DNA from: Anaeramoeba ignava BMAN | Lineage: Eukaryota; Protista; Anaeramoebae | DNA length: 64,000 nt | Direction: 5' to 3' | Assembly (NCBI GenBank): GCA_028826165.1 | Contig: JAPDFW010000085.1 | Location: 278,679 to 342,678 of the forward strand | Shown: piece after piece, positions 39,990-49,878 of the stretch | How the letters are laid out: the number at the start of each line of letters is the position of its first letter | Position numbering within the stretch: the stretch's first letter is position 1 | Program-made: the position numbers and the translations under genes | Notes under the pieces: generated by a model | What the model was told of the DNA's origin: nothing | Databases searched by the model: none | Seen by the model: the letters and a program-made list of their open reading frames with translations, nothing else

Positions 39990-41526
39990 ATGTCAAAAGA
40001 TTCAGGTCATTTGATTGTGATTCTTATTTTTTGTTGGCTTGCATTTGGATTTATTGGAGGTTTTATTTGGCTTGGAGTTGATCAAGTTTATCTTTCAAAA
40101 TATCAAAAAACTGAATGTAAAATTGTTGATAAATATCTTGATGTAAAAATAATAAAAATAAAAATTAAAAAATAAATGAATTATTTAAATTTAAATTGAA
40201 TTATTTTTAGTATGAAGTTTTCCAAAAAAGTAGTAAAAATTGTACTGGAGTAACTACTTTAAATTATATTTCAAATTTTCAAGTTACTTATTCTGCAAAT
40301 GAAAATGATTATGAAGAATTATCTTGTTGGTTTGGAAAAGAATGCAAAATTTCAGAAGGAAAATCTTGCAGTGTAAATAATTTACAAGAAAAGCAAAAAT
40401 TAACCAAAAATTAATTCCACTTTTTTATCTATTTATAAATATCATAATAAATATAAATATAATAAATAGGTAAAAGCTTGTACAGGATTAAGAAAGAATG
40501 GAGTTTGTAGAAAATATGTTAATTTGGATAAAAATGATATTTATACTAAATTTGATATTGGAAAAAGTTATGATTGTTGGTATTGGAAAGAAGATCCAAA
40601 ATATTCAACATTAAAATTACCAAGACCAAGTTATCTTTGGAGTTTATTTTTATGGATTCCTTCTTCAATATTTTGGATGGTTGTTTGCTGTACTTATTGT
40701 CGTAGATTAGATTGTGGTAATATCAATAAATAAAAAACGAATATTAAATATTGAATTGAATTAAATATTGAATTGAATTGAATTGAATTTAATATTGAAT
40801 TGAATTAAATATTAAATATTGAATTGAATTGAATATTTAATATTGATTTGAATTGAATATTGATTTGAATTGAATTTAATATTAAATATTGAATTGAATA
40901 TTGAATTGAATATTGATTTGAATTTAATTGAATTGAATATTGAATTTAATATTGATTTGAATTTAATTGAATTAAATATTGATTTGAATTTAATTGAATT
41001 GAATATTGAATTGAATTTAATATAAATATTAAATATTGAATTAAATATTAAATATTAAATTGATTTGGATTTGGAAATAGATTCTTGTTGTAGTTGTTGT
41101 AATTCCAATAGACATCGCAGAATATATCCATATCATTTTCAAGGTACATATGATGATTCAGATATAGTTATTACAAGACCAATTTTACAAGTATCAGAAA
41201 AAACTCAAGAAGAACTTGCAAAAGAGGAAATTCAACAAGCAGAAAACTTTGAAAAAGAGAATAATCAATTTAAATTTGAAAATCAAAATCAATTTAAATT
41301 TGAAAATCAAAATCAAAATGAAAAGAAAATTCAAATTGATTATATTTATCAACCAGAAATTGAGACTAAACCAATAATTAATTCAATTCCTCAAATTGGA
41401 ATAAATGATTCTGATTATAATTATAATCCAAATATTGATGTTGGTCCAATTAATTATGAAATTGGTAATCAAATTGAATCAAGTGATTTTGATCCAAATC
41501 AAAATCAAGAAAATAAAGAATTTTAA
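39990..41526 (+). CDS. 2-TM Cys-loop protein, paralogue C
   Basis: Same exon structure. The last intron at 40717-41080 is filled with (ATTGA)n. Tail ends INYEIGNQIES..FDPN..QENKEF. Confidence 0.75.
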
Positions 41527-41587
41527 TTTGAATTTTAATTTTAATTTTAATTTTAATTTTAATTTTGTTTTTGTTTTTGATTTTAAT

Positions 41588-43204
41588 CTAAAATTTGGAA
41601 TGAAAATTTTCATTTAAAGCTCGATTCAAAACATCTTCTAATTTATCCAAAGGAATTCTCATATCACTACCCTTTGAATTAGCATAAACTCTCCAATATT
41701 CACAACCAGAAGAATGAGAAAACCACCAAAAAATAGGTCTTGAACCAAGTTTTGCAGAAGTTTGAAACTCAATAATTTTTGGATGAGATAAAGAGAATAT
41801 TATGTTATAAAAAGAACCACCATGAGCACCAATTACAGCCTTTGCATTGTTGAAAAAATTAACAAGTTTTTTTAAATCGGAATAATCACGATGAGAAAAA
41901 TACTTGAATTTGTCGCCATATCTTTTCTTTAGATAATCTTCAACTTCGTTTGAATTCAAAACATTTCTTCCATTTCTTGAATTTATTCTTGGCAAATAAA
42001 TAATATATTCAGGATTTGGATTTCGGATTTCGAGATCGGAATAAGTTTCCAAAATGGATTTGACAAGAAAATTTTTGGATTCATAAATTAAACGCGGATT
42101 CCAAATTGTTGCTCCACAAGCCATAAGGAATTCATCAGCATCATATTTGGTTCCTGGTTGATAATATTCAATTTCCACATTGAATTCTTTTTTGACAATA
42201 TCCCAAAAAGAATAAACAATTTGATCAACCGGCCTGAGAACAAGAAGCGTGTATCCTTTGTCTTTGATATAAGGTCTTGCTTGTATAATAGGGCACAAAC
42301 CATGATCAATCCAGTGCTGAAAGTAATTGGATTGAGCTGGTGTTATAATTGCTAATTTTTTGAAATGTTTCCCATTTCCCGGCGTTAGAGATTGAAATTA
42401 CTCATTCTTGTTGTTTCCAAACACTCGGGAATTCTGTCAAAACTGAAATCCTTAACAAAAGTCATATTCCCTGTTGTGTAATATGGCTCAGTCATACTCA
42501 TTTCATGTTTTTCACAATCTCCTTGTGCCATTGGTGGCTTATCGTTTTCACCACAAAAATGCCGATGCGATTCCTCGTCTAAAGTATGTGGTGCTTGAAG
42601 ATAAAATGATCCAAATTTTATATGATATAATATTTCCTTTTCAGAAATTATATGTTTTGATACTCTTAAATGCTCATCATAATTGTCATATCGTATAAAC
42701 TTTGTATCTTCTTCAGTGTGATAAAAATATGGGTTCTCATAGTAATATAAATTCATGTCATATAGATTTGAAAAGGGATCATTTATATCCATTGATAAAT
42801 TTTTTTGATTTAAAACTTCATTTTTAAATTGAGTAAATTCATTTTCAATTTGAATTAATTTTTTGGAAACTTTTTGCAGTTCTTGATCTTTTTGGGATAA
42901 TTTGATTTGTAGTGAATCAATAGTGATAACTGGGGATTCTTCGTTATCTTCTGTTTTTGCTATTTTGAAAATTCAAAAAAAGCAAGAAAGAAAAGAAAAG
43001 AAATTTTTTTTTAAAAATTAAGAAAAAAAAATAATTTTTTCTTTTGAAATATTAAATTTTACCATCTGAAAAAGAATAAAAAGTTATAAATAAAATGACA
43101 GAAAAAGTCAAAACGAATACTGCAAAAAAAAGAAAAAGCTTGTTTCTAAAGATTCTTTTGAAACCTAAACCTCCTTCAAATTGAAAAACTTTTTTTGCAT
43201 CCAT
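41588..43204 (-). CDS. Glycosyltransferase family 61 (DUF563) type II membrane protein; intron 43062-42960; frame break at 42401-42352
   Basis: N-terminal TM anchor. Motifs NYFQHW.D, IIYL.R..R...N..EV, F..A..VIGAHG...N.IF and IIEF. Confidence 0.8.
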
Positions 43205-43229
43205 TATTAATTTTTGAAATTATTATAAA

Positions 43230-43333
43230 TTTTTTTTGTAAAAGTTTTGGAAAATGAAAAATGAAAAAAAATGAAAAATGAAAAATGTTTTTTTGGATTT
43301 GAAAAAGCAAAAAAAAAAATATAATTAAATTCA
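43230..43333. repeat. ~104-bp direct repeat, left copy (GT61 upstream region)
   Basis: TAAAAGTTTTGGAAAATG...GTTTTTTTGGATTTGAAAAAGC...TATAATTAAATTCA matches 45222-45326 with about 4 differences. Confidence 0.95.
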
Positions 43334-43340
43334 AAAAAAT

Positions 43341-45221
43341 TTAATCAAGTTTCCCAAAACGAACTCGCCAATCTTTGATAATATTAACTCGAAAAGAAGA
43401 TCCACTTTCTCGATAAACAGTTGTTAATCTTTGTGAACCATCAACTTGTAAAGGAGCTAATAAAGTACCATTATCACTTAATAAATTCTTATAATCTTGA
43501 TTAATTTCAGTAACATATCCTCCAAATAAAATTGCATCAAATGGTCCTTTATCTTTAATTGGTTGAACATCTTCAATACTTTCATTGTAAATCCAATCCA
43601 TAATATTAGAAAGTGGAGTGTTATGTTGGCAAATTCCTTGTGCCTTTTCTAAAGCTTCGTTTTGTGAGGAATACACAACAATTTTTCCATTCAATCCAAC
43701 AATTTGAGCTGCAATGCTTTGAATATATCCTCCTTTGGCTCCAACAAATAAAACTGAAAATCCTGGTGATAAATGAACAAGTGATAATTGTGCTCCAACA
43801 ATTTCAGGTGAACTTGTATTCGATTGTGTTGAAGCCTTCATTGCGCGTGAATATGTATATGCTAATAAAATCTCACTTGATTGAAGTTGTGAAGTTTGGT
43901 TCCATCCTTTTCTTCTTTGTGAAAATGTGAATAAATGTCTTGGAACTACTTCAATTGCTTGCAATATGGATGAATTGAAAATGTTCCGAAAATTTGATTT
44001 GGATTTTAAATCCCCAATCATGTTGAATCTGAGTTTCTTTGTCTCTTCAGTATCAGTATCATCTTTCCATTTTATTCCAATAGTTTTAACTGGAACAATT
44101 TTACTTTTAACTTGATTGGAAATTTCTGTTGTTGTTGTGATTTTGGGTGATTTTGGTGGACTTTGTTCATAATTAGGTTTCATGTTCATTTTAGAATGTA
44201 ATGTTAGGTCTTTCATTCCACTTTCAATTTCCATTTTCTTGAAACATTTCTCAAATTCATCCAAATTAGGTCGATTTTCTTGTTCATGATCCCATCCTTT
44301 TTTGATTAATTCTTTCAATTCGTTCATATCATTTGGGAAATCTTTTTCAATATCAGGTCTTTCTCCTTTCATAATTTTCAAAACAAGTCTTCCAACTGAA
44401 ATTCCTTTATAAGGTTCTTGTTTGGAAAACAATTGATAAAAAATGATTGATAAACTGTAAACATCACATGAACTTCCATAAATAGTTCCTTCATCCAATA
44501 ATTCTGGTGCTGTATAAGCAATAGTTCCAGCAACTGTTGTGTTTCTATTAACTGTTTGAAGAACTCTTGAAATTCCAAAATCAGTTATTTTTGGATTTCC
44601 TTTTGTAAGTAAAATATTTGCTGGTTTTAAATCTCGATGTGCAATTTTTTTTCTGTGAAGAAACTTCAATCCATTAATTATTCCTAATCCAATAGTGATT
44701 GATTCATGTTTTGTTAAATTTGGAATTGATTCTAATAAACTTCCTTGTTCTGCAAATTCCATTATGATTCCTGATGTATTTTCAAATTTCACAATTCCAT
44801 AAATTTGAATAATATTTGGATGAGAAAGGCCGATTGATAAATTGATTTCATCTTTTAGTTGTTTTTCAGCATTTTCATCACCACCAACTCTTAATTTTTT
44901 AACTACAATATTTTGATTTCCCCATTTTGCTTTGAAAATATCAGCTGAAGCTCCTGTTTGGAAAGGATTTGGATCAATTATAATTTCTTCCAAAGGAATA
45001 ACAGGAACATCACTTATTCTTTCTCCAATTTCTTCAGCAATTTGTAAAAGTGAAATATTTGTAATGAATTTTGATTTATCCAATCTTAAACGACAAAAAG
45101 GACAAGTTTTCACATTTTCAACACATTTTTCACAAATTGAATGACCATTTGAACATATTATAATTGGTTTTCTTTTTGAATCAAATCTTTCAAAACAAAT
45201 TGCGCATTTGACTGTTTCCAT
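43341..45221 (-). CDS. RING finger + TKL-type protein kinase + degenerate PIMT/PCMT domain fusion
   Basis: RING: CAIC..C..GHSIC..C...CPFCR. Kinase: VVKK, HRDLKPANILL, DFG, GT.AY.APE, DVYS. PIMT-like: AI..VPRHLF, L.PG..VL.VG..GGY, GPFDAI, L...G.L.APL. Confidence 0.85.
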   Translation of the reverse strand: METVKCAICFERFDSKRKPIIICSNGHSICEKCVENVKTCPFCRLRLDKSKFITNISLLQIAEEIGERISDVPVIPLEEIIIDPNPFQTGASADIFKAKWGNQNIVVKKLRVGGDENAEKQLKDEINLSIGLSHPNIIQIYGIVKFENTSGIIMEFAEQGSLLESIPNLTKHESITIGLGIINGLKFLHRKKIAHRDLKPANILLTKGNPKITDFGISRVLQTVNRNTTVAGTIAYTAPELLDEGTIYGSSCDVYSLSIIFYQLFSKQEPYKGISVGRLVLKIMKGERPDIEKDFPNDMNELKELIKKGWDHEQENRPNLDEFEKCFKKMEIESGMKDLTLHSKMNMKPNYEQSPPKSPKITTTTEISNQVKSKIVPVKTIGIKWKDDTDTEETKKLRFNMIGDLKSKSNFRNIFNSSILQAIEVVPRHLFTFSQRRKGWNQTSQLQSSEILLAYTYSRAMKASTQSNTSSPEIVGAQLSLVHLSPGFSVLFVGAKGGYIQSIAAQIVGLNGKIVVYSSQNEALEKAQGICQHNTPLSNIMDWIYNESIEDVQPIKDKGPFDAILFGGYVTEINQDYKNLLSDNGTLLAPLQVDGSQRLTTVYRESGSSFRVNIIKDWRVRFGKLD

Positions 45222-45326
45222 TTTTTTTTTATAAAAGTTTTTGGAAAATGAAAAAAGAAAAAAAATGAAAAATGAAAAATGTTTTTTTGGATTTGAAAAA
45301 GCAAAAAAAAAATATAATTAAATTCA
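45222..45326. repeat. ~104-bp direct repeat, right copy (abuts kinase ATG)
   Basis: Near-identical to 43230-43333. Contains minus-strand TCATTTT elements. Confidence 0.95.
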
Positions 45327-45371
45327 TTTTTTCTTTTTAAATCCAAAAAAAAAAAAAAAAAATTTAATAAA

Positions 45372-47021
45372 ATGTATCATTTGCTAAGCAAAAAAAAACA
45401 AGAGGAAGAAGAAAGGCAAAAACTTAAAAGAGAAGAAATGATAAATTACTCTCCAGAATTAGCAATTTATAAAAACAAAGGAGTTTTAAAAATTAAAGAA
45501 AATGAACTAAAAAGATTAAAAGGAGAAAATTATTTAAGATCTAATCAAAATAACAGAATTCCATCAATAGAAGAAAATTTGATAATAAATAATCTACCTC
45601 CAGAAAGTAATTTGATAAATAAATCATTTCAATTAATCAAAAATTAATCCAAAATCATAATTCAAAAAATGGGAATAGTTTTAATAATGATTTGTGAATA
45701 TTTATCACCTGGAGAATTTGGTATATTTGGAATGACTTGCGCTTTTTTTCGTGAAATTTATGATGATCAAGAAACATGGAGAAAAATAGCAAAATCCTAT
45801 AATGAATTTTTTATTTGTGATTATTATGAATTCAACAATGATATTTATCGACATGATTTATTTGGATTTCAAACTCCCATTCATCAAGAAATGGAAATAA
45901 TCAAAACAGAAAAGCAAAAAGAAGATTTCCCCAATTTAAGTAGAAAACATTTTGAGAAGTGGAATGAAAAACGAGAAAAAAGATTGAAACAATATTTCAA
46001 TAATGGGAAAATTGATGAATCAACAATGAAGGATGAGCATTGGAACAGAAGATTGCCAGTTTTAAACTCAACAGAAGAAGAAAGAGTTGAGTATATCAAT
46101 TTACTAGAAAATCCTAAAGAAGAGATGCTTGAAAAAGGAAGAAAAATTTATGAATTATTTCTGGAAGAGAAAAAAAGAAGAACAAATTTAGAGAAATATT
46201 CTGAAAGACAAAAAGAATTGAGGCATGTCAAAAAAAAAGAGGAGCGATTTTTTATCTTTTTTGGGATTTTATTTCTTCTTGGATTTTCAGTTTACATAAT
46301 TTTAATTACTCTCAAAATTGAAAGGAAAATTGAATCAAAATTAAGTTATCTGAGTATCTCAACTTTGATTCCTCTTTTTGGATTATTGATTGTTTTGGTG
46401 TATGATTTAATTTTGAAGGTGATGGCAAGAAAAATGAAGTATTATTTGGAGGAAGATTTGTATTTTGTTTCGTTGTCATTTTGTTTATTGGTATTTATTG
46501 GAATTGTGTTAATTGGATTGAAAGTGGATCATTTTATGAAATGCTCTTGGTTGATTGTTTTGATTCCTTTTATACTTTATTCCGCTATTTTTTCGATTTT
46601 TCTTTTTGTTTACATCCTGATTTTGTATTGGAAACAGAGAAAAGAATTACTATTTATTGCTCTACTTTGCTTTTGGTTTATTCCATTTTTGGTTTTTTTA
46701 GGATTAAAACTTGATGGGAAAATCAAATGGAATTATGGAATTGTTTTTATTCCTTTATTTCTTCAAGTTTTATCGTTAGTAGCTAGTTTTTTCTTAACAA
46801 ATTTCTGGGGGAATGTTGGAGGTTTTATAACCAAAATGGGAATATTTTTGATTTTATTTTTTTGGATCATCTTTTTGATTATTTTTATTATTTATTTGGA
46901 AAAAGATGGAATTTATAATATTTATTATCCTTTTATTCCAATTTATATTTTTTTTGGTATTTCTGATATTTTTGGTTGTATTTCGGTTATATTAGGGATT
47001 ATTTTACCAGATTTTCAATAA
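45372..47021 (+). CDS. F-box + TMEM185/TMEM60-like multi-pass membrane protein; intron 45607-45678
   Basis: Splicing restores the F-box INNLPPEILIMICEYLS....FGMTC..F......W. TM repeats LKVD....SWLIVLIP and LKLDG.I.W.Y..VFIPL. Confidence 0.75.
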
Positions 47022-47109
47022 AAAAAAAAAAAACGTTTTTCATTTTTTTTTCATTTTTTTTTTTCAATTTTTAAAACAAATAATAATTTTATTTTATTAA
47101 TAAAACAAA

Positions 47110-49523
47110 ATGAATATTTATGAAGCTTTAAAAAATTATATTTCAAATATGCTTAGTGAAGTTCAAGGAATGAAAGTATTAGTTTTAGATCATGAAACAA
47201 CTGGAATAATTTCCTTAATTTATTCACAATCAGAACTTCTTCAAAAACAAGTAAATTCATTAATAAAATTAATTATAAAATTATTTATAAAATTATTTAT
47301 AAAATTATTTATAAAATTATTTATAAAATTTTTAATAAAATTATTTATAAAATTAAATATAAAATTAAATATAAAATTATTTATAAAATTAAATATAAAA
47401 TTATTTATAAAATTATTTATAAAATTATTTATAAAATTATTTATAAAATTATTTATAAAATTATTTATAAAATTAATTATTAAATTAAATATAAAATTAA
47501 TTATAAAATTATTTATAAAATTAATTATTAAATTATTTATAAAATTATTTATAAAATTATTTATAAAATTATTTATAAAATTAAATATAAAATTAAATAT
47601 AAAATTATTTATAAAATTAAATATAAAATTAAATATAAAATTAATTATAAAATTAAATATAAAATTATTTATAAATTTAAATATAAAATTATTTATAAAA
47701 TTATTTATAAAATTATTTATAAAATTATTTATAAAATTATTTATAAAATTAATTATAAAATTATTTATAAAATTAAATATAAAATTAAATATAAAATTAT
47801 TTATAAAATTATTTGTAAAATTATTTATTAAATTATTTATAAAACTATTTATAAAAATTATTGAATTGAAAATCAGGTCTTTCTAGTAGACAAATTGGAA
47901 AAACAAGAAAGAGAAACTTTAACACACCTGAAAGGATTAATATTCATAAGACCAGAAAGACAAAATATAATCAAAATAAGCGAAGAATTACAAAATCCAA
48001 AATATGGAGAATATCACATATTTTTCTCAAACATAATTCAAAAAAATCAATTAGAAGAATTAGCAAAAGCAGACACACACAAAGCAATCCACCAAGTGCA
48101 AGAGTTCTACGCAGATTACCACGCAGTGAATCCTGATCTTTTTGCGTTAAATATCCCATCGGTTAACGATATTTTAACAAAAAATCCAGACAAGTCGTTG
48201 ATCACAAGAATTGCGGAAGGAATTGCGTCTGTATGTTTATCACTAAAAAAAAACCCTGTAATACGGTACCAATCAGGGTTTGAAACAACACATCTTATTG
48301 CGGCAAAATTGTACGGGATCATCAAGAAGGATCAAGAGCTGTTTGACTTTCGACGCAAAGGATCACGACCGTTACTTTTGATTTTGGATCGCCGGTCCGA
48401 TCCTGTGACACCACTCCTGAATCAATGGACATACCAGGCAATGGTCCATGAAATGTTTGGCGTTGAGAAGAACATTGTGTCGCTAAAGAGCGTAGTGGGG
48501 ATGCGAAAAGACATGCAGGAAATTGTTCTTTCGCCGTATCAAGACGAATTCTATCGGGATAACATGTTTCTAAATTTTGGAGAACTTGGTGATTCAATGA
48601 AACAGCTTGTTGAAGGATACTCGGAGACATCGAAATTTACGCAGAACATTCAGACGATTGAAGATATGAAGCGTTTTGTGGAGCAATACCCAGAATTCAA
48701 GAAGATTTCTGGGAACGTAACAAAGCATGTCACGCTTGTTTCGGAAATTTCACGAAATATTGATGTTAAATCTCTTTTCGAGGTTAGCGAACTTGAGCAA
48801 AGCCTCGCAACAACAGAGAGCCACAAAACACACTATGAAGGAATTGAGCGGATGATTGAGAAATACGAGGTCTCAAAACGAGATGCGTTGAGACTGGCGC
48901 TTTTGTATGCGTTGAGATACCAAAATAAGTCCAACAATAAAACATCAACGCTTATTGAAAGTCTCCACAGAAAAGGCGTATCCAGCGAGAAGCTGAGATT
49001 GCTAACACAGATTGTTTTGTATGCAGGGTCTCAAGTGCGTCCTGAAGACATTTTTTACAACAAAAATATTTTGTCAATGCTTCGAGGTCGTTTTAAGAAA
49101 AGTCTCAAAGATGTTGAGTCTATTTACACACAACACACAACGCTTCTTGCCGAGATCATCGACAAGGCAAAGAAGAACAAGCTCTCGGAAACCTCTTTTC
49201 CTTTTATTAGCCAAGACTCGAAATCGAACCAAGAAGTTCCTCTTCAAAATTTGATTGTTTTCTTTGTTGGCGGTGCTACTTATGAAGAGGCAACTGCAAT
49301 CCATGAGTTCAACTCAAAATCTTCTCCTCTTATTGATAATGATCCAAATTCAAAAGTCCATATTTCTCAAGTTCCTAAATCTCGATCAACTCAAAAATCT
49401 ATTAATTCTCAATTGGATATTCCTTTAAATGTTATTTTGGGTGGAAATTGGATTCATAATTCAAAGAGTTTTTTGAAAGAAGTTGCAAAATTTAAACCTG
49501 AAAAGTCACATAAAAAGAACTAA
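47110..49523 (+). CDS. VPS45: Sec1/Munc18 family protein VPS45; exons 47110-47250, 47877-49523
   Basis: GMKVLVLD.ETT.IIS, LLILDRRSDPVTPLLNQWTYQAMVHE, SGNVTKHVTLVSE, VGGATYEE, GG..IHNS. Confidence 0.95.
47251..47876 (+). repeat. 626-bp VPS45 intron of 12-mer (TTATTTATAAAA)n
   Basis: GTAAAT donor and TCAG acceptor. The ORF-track KLFI repeat is this intron read through. Confidence 0.92.
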
Positions 49524-49878
49524 TAATTTTAAAAGAAAATTTTAAAACAATTTTTCAAACAAATTTTTTAAATAAATTAAAAGAAAAATTTAAACAATTT
49601 TTAAACAATTTAAAAAGTTAAAAAAAAGTTAAAAAAAAGTTAAAAAAAGTTAAAAAAAAGTGGAACAAGATTTGAAATAAATAAAAGATTTTAAATAAAA
49701 GATTTGGTTTTATTTTTGAAAGTTTAATTTAGAAAAAAGGGAAAAAACAAAACAAATTGAAAAGAGTGCTTACAAAAAGAAAATCAAAAAGAAAATCAAA
49801 AAGAAAATCAAAAAGAAAATCAAAAAGAAAAAGAAAATGGAAAATCAAAAAGAAAATCGAATTAGGAAAAAAAAAATG

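Noticed and set aside
43230-45326. LTR retroelement
   Set aside because: The repeats lack TG..CA termini, PBS/PPT and gag/pol, and the enclosed ORF is a host-type signalling gene.
49440-49470. Intein C-terminal HN-S motif in VPS45 (WIHNS)
   Set aside because: This is the normal conserved Sec1-family C-terminal motif. No Hint/LAGLIDADG insert was seen here or in other conserved genes.
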